A stretch of 64,000 nucleotides of DNA from Vulcanimicrobiota bacterium (GCA_963812155.1 CAWETW010000002.1:416001-480000), one strand, 5' to 3'. Counted from the first letter of the stretch, positions 20,587 to 29,981 are shown. Notes: generated from the letters alone by a model not told the origin. Program-made: numbers and translations.

Positions 20587-21776
20587 AATTTGACGGTGAA
20601 GTTCACGTCTTCGCGGGTCTCCGTGGTCGTGTTGACCGGAATGAGACTGTCGAGATAGCGCAGCTGGCGTGCGGAGACCGACAGCGTGCTCGACGAGTTT
20701 GGAATCTGGAAGGTGAGCTTCCCGCCGTACGAGTTGTCGATCGCATCGAGGTTGCTCAGGCCCGGTAGGCCGTATCCGCCGAACAGCCGGTCGGCGGCGT
20801 AATCGAGATTGAGCGTCAATCCGCTTAGGACTGGGACGGCAACGCCGGCGCCGAGCGAGACTTTGCTCATGTTGGCGTAGTTCGGCACGGCCAGCGGCAC
20901 GCCGGCGCCCGGCAGCTGCCACGAGGATGCGTCTCCCAGCGTGGCCGGCGTAAGCCCGCTGGAATCGCTGCGCGTCAATCGCTCGTAATCGCTCGAAAGC
21001 CCGAACGTCAGCGTGCGCGCCCCGGCACGCACGTCGAGATTCGCGCCGGCTGCCGCGCCGTCGTCGTTCAAACCGACCGAGGGTGCGGCCATCGACGCGC
21101 TTTCCAATCGCGTCGTAAACTTCAGCGGCCCCAAGCGCACCGAGGACGGCACAGCTTGCACCGAACCGGCGGATCCGGCGATCGTTCCGCTCTCGCCGAA
21201 CGCAAGCGCCGAGCTCGCCGCAACCGTAGGCGCCGTGCCGTGCACGAGTCCGCCGAGCGAGAACGCGCCGGATTGCGGCGATACGAGCGTAACCCGCGCG
21301 ACCGGCTGGTACTGGCCGGCGGTGAACGTGGTCGCCGAAATGCGTGCGGCGTCGTCGCGCGCCGATGCGTCGTCGTCGCTTTGAGGCGTGACCGCGAAAC
21401 GAAGATTCGAGCGCAGCAGGGGCGCACCGACGGATTGCGCGAGATCGAACGCGGCGCCGTCGGATGCAACGAATCGCGCGTTGCGCGACGATGCGAACGT
21501 CGGCGACGATCCCGGACGGCGCTCGAACGTCGCCGAACGCAAAGCCGGCGCGGTTCCCAAAGCGAGATCGCGCAACGGAGACTCGCTGATGCGATCGCCG
21601 TACGCGGCGGCAAGCGCAGCACTGGCGTCGGCCGACTCGCCGAAGATGCGCATCATGACTTGCGCGGGGAGATCGAACGACGCGGTGCCCGCAACGTGCG
21701 GCGACGCCGAGGCAATGCGAGGTACGAGCGCTACTGCGAGCGCCGCCGAGGCGATCAAGCCGGCCAGCCTACGCAC
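20583..21776 (-). CDS. Exported protein, probable outer-membrane beta-barrel
   Basis: GGAGGAGG RBS, signal peptide, amphipathic beta-strand pattern, ends DVNFTVKF. Confidence 0.62.
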   Translation of the reverse strand: MRRLAGLIASAALAVALVPRIASASPHVAGTASFDLPAQVMMRIFGESADASAALAAAYGDRISESPLRDLALGTAPALRSATFERRPGSSPTFASSRNARFVASDGAAFDLAQSVGAPLLRSNLRFAVTPQSDDDASARDDAARISATTFTAGQYQPVARVTLVSPQSGAFSLGGLVHGTAPTVAASSALAFGESGTIAGSAGSVQAVPSSVRLGPLKFTTRLESASMAAPSVGLNDDGAAAGANLDVRAGARTLTFGLSSDYERLTRSDSSGLTPATLGDASSWQLPGAGVPLAVPNYANMSKVSLGAGVAVPVLSGLTLNLDYAADRLFGGYGLPGLSNLDAIDNSYGGKLTFQIPNSSSTLSVSARQLRYLDSLIPVNTTTETREDVNFTVKF

Positions 21777-21869
21777 GTCCTCCTCCACTACGGTTGAAAG
21801 ACACCCTTCCCGTAAACGATGCAAGGGCTCCCGCCGTTACATCGCTCGGACGTTCCATCTTGGAGGCCT

Positions 21870-22274
21870 CTAGGCGCGGTCCCTGGCGATAAATCGCCGA
21901 GCTATCAAAATAGCCGCATAGTCGTCGACCGGCACGGGCGGCATCTGCAAGCCGGCCGGAACCAGACGGCGCCACCCCCGGGGCGGGTGTTCCCGGAAAT
22001 AGAGTTCGCGGGCCCTGCGCGAGGTCTCGAACTCGTCGACCAGGTGGATCGGGACGCCCAAGACGAGCAGCCGTTCCCGCAGCCCGGCGGCGCTGGTCCC
22101 GCGCCCGAGGGCGAGCGCCTCGACGCCGCCGGAAGCAACGAGTGCGGCCAGGCGTTCGACCAGATTCCCGGCGGGGACGACGCCCGATTCAATGACGGCG
22201 CCCGCCGGGTCGAGCAGGGCGAAGCCGGCCTTGTCCCGGCCAGGATCCACCCCTAGGACCGTCCCGGTGCTCAT
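21870..22274 (-). CDS. YqgF/RuvX-like RNase H-fold protein
   Basis: VLGVDPGRDKAG, ALG.GT, VDEFETS, VDDYAA. Confidence 0.88.
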   Translation of the reverse strand: MSTGTVLGVDPGRDKAGFALLDPAGAVIESGVVPAGNLVERLAALVASGGVEALALGRGTSAAGLRERLLVLGVPIHLVDEFETSRRARELYFREHPPRGWRRLVPAGLQMPPVPVDDYAAILIARRFIARDRA

Positions 22275-23215
22275 TTACGCTGCGGCGTAAGCACGATGAC
22301 GATCGGGACGCCGCCGATGTGAGGATAGAAGTCCTGCGCTGCAAACGCCGTCAGCACGTAGGTGCCGCGCTTGTCTATCCGCTGCTGCATTTGGGTGGCA
22401 TCGGGGATCAGTTGGAGCGCCTGCACGTTGTCGGCGAGAAACGGCGGCAGCCCCAGGCGCTTGGCCGAGATCGAAACGTAGTTCTGAACCTGCCCGAGTG
22501 CAATGTACGCACTGGCCCCGCTCGCGCCCGGAACTGTCAGTTGCGCGATGACCTGACCTTTTTGGAAGTATCGCTTGTCGTCGGTCCCGTTGACCTCGAA
22601 GTGGATCTCGTCGTTCTGGTAGAGATTTTGATCCGACGTGACCGTCAGCATCACGTTTGCTTGAGTCGTTTTCGCAAGATTCGTTAGCGTGTCGGAAAGC
22701 GTCGCGAGCCGCTTGTCGGCGTCGGGCGGAATGGCGTACGGCTTAAGGCCGAGAAGCGGATAGTTCGCGTTCACGAACTTTACGGCGTCGTAGTAGAACG
22801 ACCGAATCGTCCCCAGGCGCTGGGCTCGCGACGCGTCTCGATCGACGATTCGATAAAATGGAACCATGAGCGCGTCGACTTGGACGACGAGCTTGCCTGT
22901 GTTGACTTTCTTTTCGAGATCCCGCTCGCGATGCGTGAGTTCGGAGATCTGCTGGTTGAGCGAGTTGAGTTTGAAGAACGCCGTTTTTACCTGTTCCGAA
23001 GCGAAGATCGCGACCAGCGTTACGACCAGCGCGATGATCATGCCGGTCGCGATTGCAACGATGGTGGACGTGTAGCGCGGGCGGATGCCGAAGAGCGTAA
23101 GCCGCTGGCGCCCGACCCGGTGGCCGACGCGGTCGCCCACGTAGGCGACTGCGCCCGAAATCAGCATCACGAACAGCACGTTGCCCACGCCGCGTATGAA
23201 TTCGACGAAGTTCAC
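22271..23215 (-). CDS. DUF3084 membrane protein
   Basis: IAY.GDRVG.RVGR.RLTLFG.RPRYTS...I.TG. Confidence 0.88.
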   Translation of the reverse strand: MNFVEFIRGVGNVLFVMLISGAVAYVGDRVGHRVGRQRLTLFGIRPRYTSTIVAIATGMIIALVVTLVAIFASEQVKTAFFKLNSLNQQISELTHRERDLEKKVNTGKLVVQVDALMVPFYRIVDRDASRAQRLGTIRSFYYDAVKFVNANYPLLGLKPYAIPPDADKRLATLSDTLTNLAKTTQANVMLTVTSDQNLYQNDEIHFEVNGTDDKRYFQKGQVIAQLTVPGASGASAYIALGQVQNYVSISAKRLGLPPFLADNVQALQLIPDATQMQQRIDKRGTYVLTAFAAQDFYPHIGGVPIVIVLTPQRK

Positions 23216-23234
23216 CCCGCGCTACGCTCCGTCA

Positions 23235-24344
23235 CTAGACCAGCGCCGCCCGGCGCAGCCGGGCGAGCCCGATTGCGGTGAACAGCAGGTTCGGCATCCA
23301 CGCCCAGAGCCACGCGATTGCCAGAAAGGCTTCGCCGAAGAACGAGCACACCGTCATGACGATATAGTAGACGAAGACGATTGCCAGCGACAATCCGAAC
23401 CCCAAGCTCGCGCTGCTGCCGCCGCTGCGTATCGTGCGCAGCCCGAAGGGAACCGCGATCAGAATGAACACGAAGCAGGCAAACGGTCGCGCGAGCTTTT
23501 CCTGATAGGTGGTGACGTACTTTCGCAGCTCGCTCTCCGTCAGTTGTCCCGTTCGGACGATCCCGGCGATTTGAGCGCGGCTCATGTTGTCGGGATCGTC
23601 GTTCTTGATGCGCTTGACGAGGTCGGTTGGATTTTGGCCGATTTCGACCTGCTGTTGCGGTATCGGCGGCTCGGCCAGCACCGAACCGTCGGGATTGAAG
23701 CGGTAGAGGCTGGAATCTTGCAGCAGCCACTTGTCGGCCGTGAACTCGGCCCGGTCGGCGAAGACGATTTGGCGCGGCCGGTTGCGACTGTCGTATTGAA
23801 TCAGCGTGACGTGCAGCAGCGCCTCTGAATTCGGTTCGTAGGCGGTGGCGACGGTGACTTGGCGCCCGCCGCCCGGTAGCGGCGCCGTCACGGTCAGGTC
23901 ACGCCCGTACGCGCTGGTGTGATTGATGACCGAACTTTCGATCTCGACGAGCTGGTCGTTGGCGTACGGAACGAGTGCTTCTTGCAAAAAAAGCGTTACG
24001 AACGACATCACGATGCCGACGGCCAGCAGCGGCATCACGATTCGGCCGAACGTCACGCCCGCCGCTTTCATCGCCGTCAGTTCGCTGTCGCTCGAAAGCC
24101 GCTGGATCGCCAGCAGGGTGCCGAGCAGCAATGCCATCGGGATCACCAGCACGATGTAGGCCGGCAACGACCACGCAAACACGAGCACTGCCGCCCACAG
24201 CGGTGCGTGCTCGCTGCTGACGAGTTTTCCGACGTTGAGGATTTCCGTCGCCGCGAAGATCAGCGTAAACGCGCCCAAGCCGAAACCGAACGGTCCCGCC
24301 AACTCGGTCAGCATGTAACGGTCGAGGATGGTGAACTTTAGCAA
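23235..24344 (-). CDS. LptF/LptG family LPS export permease
   Basis: ILDRYM..E, LS.DSELTAMKAAGV, periplasmic domain, W.PNLLF. Confidence 0.93.
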   Translation of the reverse strand: MLKFTILDRYMLTELAGPFGFGLGAFTLIFAATEILNVGKLVSSEHAPLWAAVLVFAWSLPAYIVLVIPMALLLGTLLAIQRLSSDSELTAMKAAGVTFGRIVMPLLAVGIVMSFVTLFLQEALVPYANDQLVEIESSVINHTSAYGRDLTVTAPLPGGGRQVTVATAYEPNSEALLHVTLIQYDSRNRPRQIVFADRAEFTADKWLLQDSSLYRFNPDGSVLAEPPIPQQQVEIGQNPTDLVKRIKNDDPDNMSRAQIAGIVRTGQLTESELRKYVTTYQEKLARPFACFVFILIAVPFGLRTIRSGGSSASLGFGLSLAIVFVYYIVMTVCSFFGEAFLAIAWLWAWMPNLLFTAIGLARLRRAALV

Positions 24345-24394
24345 GCGCCAAAGCGCCTTTTAAACACCCAACTACGCCGGCCACTCACTCCCTG

Positions 24395-25141
24395 TTAAAG
24401 CCTAAAGCCTTCGCCGAGATAGAACGTCCTCGCAATCGGAGAATCGAGCACTTCTTGCGCTGTGCCCGAGACTTCGATGCGCCCGTTATTCATGATGTAG
24501 GCGCGATCGACGATGGCGAGCGTCTCGCGAACTTGATGGTCGGTGATGAGAATGCCTAAGCCGCGGTCGCGCAGTTGGCGGATCATCGTTTGGATATCGG
24601 CGACGGCGATCGGGTCGATGCCCGTAAAGGGCTCGTCGAGCAAAAGAAACGCCGGTTCGATCGCCAGGGCGCGCGCGATCTCGACGCGCCGGCGCTCGCC
24701 GCCGGAAAGACTGTCGCCGCGAGCGTCGACGAAGGCCCGCAGTCCGAACTCCTCGAGCAATGCGGGCAATCGCCGCTCGCGCTCGTCGTGCGGTATGCCG
24801 TTCTGCTCCCAGATGAGCCGGATGTTGTCGCCGACGGAGAGTTTGCGAAAGATCGAGTTCTCCTGTGAGAGATACCCGACGCCGTTGCGGGCGCGCGCGT
24901 ACATCGGCGCCGACGTGAGGTCGATCTTCTTGGACTCCATGTCGAGCAGCACGGTGCCGCCGTCGGGCTTCACCAAGCCCACGACCATGTAAAACGTGGT
25001 CGTCTTTCCGGCGCCGTTCGGACCGAGCAGCCCGACGACTTCGCCGGTGCCGACTTCCGCCGAAACGCCGTTGACGACGGTGCGCTCGCCGTAGCGTTTG
25101 ACCAGCCCGCGCAGTTTAATCGACGATTCTTGACCGTTCAT
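24395..25141 (-). CDS. lptB: LPS export ABC ATPase
   Basis: [49 protein letters not shown]. Confidence 0.97.
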   Translation of the reverse strand: MNGQESSIKLRGLVKRYGERTVVNGVSAEVGTGEVVGLLGPNGAGKTTTFYMVVGLVKPDGGTVLLDMESKKIDLTSAPMYARARNGVGYLSQENSIFRKLSVGDNIRLIWEQNGIPHDERERRLPALLEEFGLRAFVDARGDSLSGGERRRVEIARALAIEPAFLLLDEPFTGIDPIAVADIQTMIRQLRDRGLGILITDHQVRETLAIVDRAYIMNNGRIEVSGTAQEVLDSPIARTFYLGEGFRL

Positions 25142-25695
25142 TGCATTCGCATGTGGGTGAGTGAGATGTCGGATTCAAAGCTCGAGCCGGTGCCGCGAAA
25201 ACCCTTGGGATCCACGATGACGACGTTGCCGTTGCCGCGCAGCGCTTGCCCGGTGCGATCGTAGACGAGCCGGTCGCAATCGAGCTGCATGCCGGTGCTC
25301 GTCTGCGCGTGAACCGGTTTCAGCAGCGTGATCGTATTGGCATCCTCGTCGAGAAGCGCTTGCGGCGCTACGGCGGTCATCGTTCTCCCGTTGCGATCGT
25401 GGAAAGTGACGTGAGCATCTTGGAAAACCGCTCGCGCCTTGCCCTGCGGGCCTTTGCTCTCGTAGGATTTTGCGATCAATTCATACTCGATGCGGTTTTG
25501 GACTTGCTGAATGATGCGTACGGGCCGGTGCGCGCTGCCCTGACCGGTGATGTGGAGAGACGGCGCGGCGGCACTGCGCGGCGGATTCGCGCGTGCCGAA
25601 GGGGCCGGCCTGCTGGCGGGAGCTTGAGGGTTGCACGCGCAGAGCAAGAGGACGGCCGCGAACCGGCCGGCCCGGCGAAGTTCGACGGCGTTCAC
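25138..25695 (-). CDS. lptC: LptC-like beta-jellyroll lipoprotein
   Basis: Lipobox LCAC; jellyroll-like C-terminal strands; immediately upstream of lptB; GTGA overlap. Confidence 0.72.
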   Translation of the reverse strand: MNAVELRRAGRFAAVLLLCACNPQAPASRPAPSARANPPRSAAAPSLHITGQGSAHRPVRIIQQVQNRIEYELIAKSYESKGPQGKARAVFQDAHVTFHDRNGRTMTAVAPQALLDEDANTITLLKPVHAQTSTGMQLDCDRLVYDRTGQALRGNGNVVIVDPKGFRGTGSSFESDISLTHMRMQ

Positions 25696-26909
25696 CGTTG
25701 CCGATCGCCCGGCGGCTCCTTCGGACCGGCCGCGGCCAGCGCCAAGCCCATCGCCGGCAGCCAGAGTCCGAAGATGGCGATGCTCATCGTATCGATCAGC
25801 CCTTGTACGGCAATGCCGGCGAGTCCCGCCGTAACCGCGAGCGCAAGCACCGGCGACGCGGGCCCGCGCGACATCCGAGCGCGCAGTTCCGCCGCAAACC
25901 TCCACGCGAGCCAAGCGAACGCAGCCAACAGCAGTACGCCGCCTTCGGCGAAGAACGTAAGGTAGATGCTATGCGCGTGAAATGCGGTCGCGTCGGCATC
26001 CGGAACGTGCACGAGCGCGTAGAGCAACGGAAAGTCGAACGGTCCCACCCCGGTGAGCGGAAAGCGGTCGATGATTTGCAATGCAGCCTGCCAAATCGAG
26101 AGCCGCGTGTAGTCTTCGCTGGGATCGTGGTGGCTGTTAAAGAGCAGCAGCACGGCGAGCGCGCCTGCGGCAATCGCGAGCAGCGCGACGATGCGGCCGT
26201 GCCTGTTTTCACGCGAGCCCACCGCGACCAGAAACGCGGCCGCCGCCGCTGCGCCCATCCATCCGGCACGCGAAAACGTCAGCACCAGCGCAACCGCGCC
26301 GACACCCATTGCCGCCCATCCGAGCACGCGCAGCGCTCTCGGCGCAGCTTCGCGCGTGGCCGCGTAGGCGATCGGCAACATGACGATCAGATATGCCGCG
26401 AGCTCGCCGGGCAACACGAACGTACCGGTGGCGCGCCCGTGTTGCAACGCGTAGAGCGACGCCGGGGTGCGCGTCACGACCATCGCAATCGCCGCCGCCG
26501 CCGCGAGCGTCCCGGTCGAGAGGTACGCCCAGAAAATCGCGTCGGCGACGCGCGCTGCCCGATAGAAACGCAGCAGGGAACAGTGCCACAAAATACTCGT
26601 TCCGAAAATCCCGACGAACAGAAGACCGCGCAGCGGATCGAAGCCGGCCAGCGCGGCGAGCGTGGCCGCACCGAATCCCGCAAGCATCGGCAACAGCAAT
26701 GGCTGCGAGCGAGGCACGCGATATATGACGAGCAGCGCGCTCGAATAGACGACCAGCGCGCCAACGAGCGCCAGCACGGCGAGCGCGAAGGGCCTGGGCA
26801 CCACCGAAACGCCCGGATACGTGACGCTCGTCAGCACGATGAATGCCGGGTACAGCGGCAGCGCTGCGTAGACGGCCGCAAATCCCAGCGGAAGCGCGCG
26901 TTTCAGCAT
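25692..26909 (-). CDS. O-antigen ligase (WaaL/Wzy_C) family protein
   Basis: Multi-TM; TFSRAGW, R..IWQ.A...I...PLTGVG, HAHSIYL...AEGG. Confidence 0.88.
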   Translation of the reverse strand: MLKRALPLGFAAVYAALPLYPAFIVLTSVTYPGVSVVPRPFALAVLALVGALVVYSSALLVIYRVPRSQPLLLPMLAGFGAATLAALAGFDPLRGLLFVGIFGTSILWHCSLLRFYRAARVADAIFWAYLSTGTLAAAAAIAMVVTRTPASLYALQHGRATGTFVLPGELAAYLIVMLPIAYAATREAAPRALRVLGWAAMGVGAVALVLTFSRAGWMGAAAAAAFLVAVGSRENRHGRIVALLAIAAGALAVLLLFNSHHDPSEDYTRLSIWQAALQIIDRFPLTGVGPFDFPLLYALVHVPDADATAFHAHSIYLTFFAEGGVLLLAAFAWLAWRFAAELRARMSRGPASPVLALAVTAGLAGIAVQGLIDTMSIAIFGLWLPAMGLALAAAGPKEPPGDRQR

Positions 26910-28069
26910 TGCGCCGGCGTTGCAACCGCAGCGATGCGCTCGGCGACGCGCCGGGCCGCGCCGGACTCGCCGATGCGTGCTTTTCCGGCAGCCGCCATGC
27001 GCGCGCGACGCAACGGATCGTCGAGCAGCGCCGACACGCCGGCGGCCGCGCTTTCGCTCTCCGCCGGAAGCACCGTCATCGCGTCGCCGAGCAGGCCCGA
27101 TTGGCGTTTGCGGTACCAGCCCGAATCGCGTCCCGGCGGTTCGAACGCAACGACGGGTACGCCGGCAGCCGCGGCCGCTTCGTTTGCGGTGCCCGCCTGT
27201 CCGAGCACGAGCGCCGCGCGACGCAACAGCGGGCCGATCGCACCGCGCCACGCGCGGGCACCGATGCGCCCTGCGGACGCAAGCGTGAAGGGAATCGCTT
27301 CGTCCGTCGTTGCGGCCACATCCCAGCCGCAGCGGCGGGCAATCGCTTCGAACTCGCCGGCGTCGAGTCCGCGTGCGACCGAGAGCACGGAGCCGGCGTC
27401 GGGCCGAGCGTGCGCGACGCGCCGCGCGACGTCCAACAGGAATGCCGCGCTGGCGTACGCGCCGGCGCGACTTCCCGGAAAGAGCACGATCGGCTGCTCG
27501 AAACCTTCGACCGCGGCGCCGGCTCGAGCGTCGTCGGGGGTGGCGAAGAGATCGGCGATGACGTTCGCCGGCGGTTCGACGCGCAGGCCGTGTCGCTCGA
27601 GGCGCTGCGCCGTCGGCGCGTCGCGCACGAAACGTGCGACCGCGCGCCGCAGGAGCCGTTCTTCGAAGGCGCCGTAGGGCGCGACGTCGACGCTCTTCGC
27701 CGTGCCGACGAAGACCGCCGGCGTCCGCGCCTGCAGCGCCATCATTAAGGCGAACGCGTCGCCGACGGCAACGACCGCGGCGTACTCGCCGCGCACCGCG
27801 CGTAAGAAGCGCCGTTGCGCGAGCGTGAGCCCGAGCAGACCCGCCCGCACGTCGCGCACGATGTTGCGCACGTTTCCCATGGCGATCAACCCGCCGCTGG
27901 GCATCGCCGCGCGCGGCCCGACGTCGCGCAACGATTCGGACGGAACGTCGCCGACGAGCGCCAGGTGATCGAGCCCCAGGTTCGGGCGCAGCGCCGCGAG
28001 CTCGACCGCGATCCGTTCGGCAATCGCCGCCTCGCCGTGCCCGTTACTGACGAACAAAACCGCGGTCAT
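26903..28069 (-). CDS. Lipid-A-disaccharide synthase-related GT-B protein (TIGR03492-like)
   Basis: SNGHGE, PSGG, VGD, VGTAKS, PGSR, AGTANE. Confidence 0.82.
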   Translation of the reverse strand: MTAVLFVSNGHGEAAIAERIAVELAALRPNLGLDHLALVGDVPSESLRDVGPRAAMPSGGLIAMGNVRNIVRDVRAGLLGLTLAQRRFLRAVRGEYAAVVAVGDAFALMMALQARTPAVFVGTAKSVDVAPYGAFEERLLRRAVARFVRDAPTAQRLERHGLRVEPPANVIADLFATPDDARAGAAVEGFEQPIVLFPGSRAGAYASAAFLLDVARRVAHARPDAGSVLSVARGLDAGEFEAIARRCGWDVAATTDEAIPFTLASAGRIGARAWRGAIGPLLRRAALVLGQAGTANEAAAAAGVPVVAFEPPGRDSGWYRKRQSGLLGDAMTVLPAESESAAAGVSALLDDPLRRARMAAAGKARIGESGAARRVAERIAAVATPAQC

Positions 28070-28794
28070 GCCGCCGGCAGCAGCGGAACGAGCCCGAAGC
28101 CGGTCAGCGAGAAACGCGCGCGCGATGCGTCGTATGCGAGTTCGCTTCGCGACACGTAGCGTCCGTAAGGTCCGGCATGAACGATCGGTACGTCGCCGGC
28201 ATACTCCGGCTCGAAAAGCGTGTCGTGGCTGTGGCCGCCGAGGAGCAGATCGATCCGCGGGACGCGTTGCGCGAGCGTGCGGTCGAGACGCAAGCCGAGG
28301 TGCGAGAGCACGACCAGCACGTCGCCGCCGGGAATCGTGCGCGCGTACGGCTCGACCGCATCCCACGGGTCGAGAAATCGCCAGCCGAAAACGCGCTCCC
28401 AGGCGCTGCCGGCCGGATATTGCATGATCAGCAACCCGAGCACGTGGACGCGCACGCCTTCGCGCTCCATCGTAAGCGAACGCGCGAAGGGCAACGCACG
28501 TCGTTTCGTGTCGACGAGATTCGTGCAGACCAGGGGATGGCGCATGCGTGCCGCCCGCGCGGCAAGCAACGGAAAGAAATAGTGAAACTCACGGTTACCG
28601 ATGGCCTGAGCGTCGTATCCGGCGGAATCGATTTCGCCGACGATCGGCTCGTTGCGGTGATAGACGGTTTGACTGCCGCGCAACGAATCGCCGCAATCGA
28701 AGAGTAGTCCCGGCTGCGTTTCGCGTAGCGCGCGCAGGGGCGCGACGATCCCGCGGTGGTCGTGAAGATCCGACGTGTGATAGATGCGGATCAC
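28066..28794 (-). CDS. Calcineurin-like metallophosphoesterase (5'-nucleotidase N-terminal-like)
   Basis: TSDLH, DCGDS, GNRE, VLSHLG, GGHSH; GTGA overlap with lpxB stop. Confidence 0.9.
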   Translation of the reverse strand: MIRIYHTSDLHDHRGIVAPLRALRETQPGLLFDCGDSLRGSQTVYHRNEPIVGEIDSAGYDAQAIGNREFHYFFPLLAARAARMRHPLVCTNLVDTKRRALPFARSLTMEREGVRVHVLGLLIMQYPAGSAWERVFGWRFLDPWDAVEPYARTIPGGDVLVVLSHLGLRLDRTLAQRVPRIDLLLGGHSHDTLFEPEYAGDVPIVHAGPYGRYVSRSELAYDASRARFSLTGFGLVPLLPAA

Positions 28795-29924
28795 GCGGGC
28801 GGCCCCGCGGCCGCTGCGTTCGACTGCGCCAGCGCCACCGCGAAACGCGCGCAACGCTCCAGCGCGTCGGGCGGTCCGAGCGCTCGCTGAAGTTCGTCGA
28901 ACTGCCCGTACTGCCGTCCGGGATCGCGCAGCACCGCGTCCATGGCATCGGCGAGGCGTTCCGGCGTCGCTTCCTCTTGCAGCAGTTCCGGAACGACTTC
29001 GCGCTGCAGCACGAGATTCGGCAGCGTAATGAAACGGTGCTTGATCATCGTGCGCCCGTGCTTGACCAGCACCGGCGTTATGATGTAGAACGCGACCGCG
29101 GGGACGCCGCACAGCAGCGTCTCGAGCACGGCGGTTCCGGAGGCAACCCACGCGGCATCGGCATCCGCGATCGCGTCGATCGTTCCGCGCGCGATCTCGA
29201 TGCCGGTGAGATCGTACCGGCAGATCGTTTGCTCGATGCGCGACGTCGCACGATCGCCGGCCGCACCGAACACGCCGCGAAGCTGCGGGCGGCGCCGTTT
29301 GAGCAGCGCAAACGCACGCGCGAGCGCCGGCAGATGGTAGCGCAACTCACCGCTGCGGCTGCCCGGCAGCATCGCCACGGTGCCGCCGCCGGCGGGAGGC
29401 GCTTGACGCGCGGCGCGCCGCCGGTAGCGTCCGGCGAGCGGATGTCCGAAATACACGACCGGCAAGTTGAGGCTTTCGTAGAACGACGCCTGATGCGCAA
29501 AAGCGGTCATCGGCACCGCCACGCCTGCGACGGCGCGCGCCTTCTTCGGATTATCGAGCCACGTTCCGGGTGGAAAGACGTCGAGCACCGGCCCCGTGTA
29601 ACGCAGTCGCCGCAGCGTCATCGCCAGCCGCAAATTGAACACGCCGAAATCTACCAGCACGACAAGATCCGGCTTCGTCGCAACGAGATGAAAGGCCGTG
29701 CGCCACATAATGGCCAGCAGCTTCGGGATTCGCGGAATCGCCGCCAGCGGACCCATGCTCGCCCAACCCGTATGGTCGCGCCACAGCGTAAAACCCGCCT
29801 CCCGCATCGCTTGGGATCCGATGCCTTCGAATTGCGCGTCTAGGTCGACCTCGCGTATCGCTTGCGCGAGCAACAACGCGCTCGACTCTCCAGATGCCTC
29901 GCCGGTCGAAAAGAAATACCGCAC
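28791..29924 (-). CDS. lpxB: Lipid-A-disaccharide synthase
   Basis: GEASG, VDF..FN, GHPL, LPGSR..E, SGTAVLE, LPNLV....VPELLQ. Confidence 0.94.
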   Translation of the reverse strand: MRYFFSTGEASGESSALLLAQAIREVDLDAQFEGIGSQAMREAGFTLWRDHTGWASMGPLAAIPRIPKLLAIMWRTAFHLVATKPDLVVLVDFGVFNLRLAMTLRRLRYTGPVLDVFPPGTWLDNPKKARAVAGVAVPMTAFAHQASFYESLNLPVVYFGHPLAGRYRRRAARQAPPAGGGTVAMLPGSRSGELRYHLPALARAFALLKRRRPQLRGVFGAAGDRATSRIEQTICRYDLTGIEIARGTIDAIADADAAWVASGTAVLETLLCGVPAVAFYIITPVLVKHGRTMIKHRFITLPNLVLQREVVPELLQEEATPERLADAMDAVLRDPGRQYGQFDELQRALGPPDALERCARFAVALAQSNAAAAGPPA

Positions 29925-29930
29925 TGCAAA

Positions 29931-29972
29931 GGTCGCGCGGTTAAGCGCCGTGCCGGCGCTTAACGCGCGACC
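29931..29972. repeat. Intergenic palindrome/hairpin (REP-like)
   Basis: GGTCGCGCG-g-TTAAGCGCCG-tgc-CGGCGCTTAA-CGCGCGACC: 19-bp stem with one bulge. Confidence 0.8.
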
Positions 29973-29981
29973 GTCGCAACG

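Noticed and set aside
25593..27677. Long antisense ORFs (694 aa here; also 35859-37931 and 43747-45828) and many Arg/Ala-rich alternative-frame ORFs
   Set aside because: Shadow frames of high-GC genes that have clear motifs on the other strand or frame; no motifs of their own.
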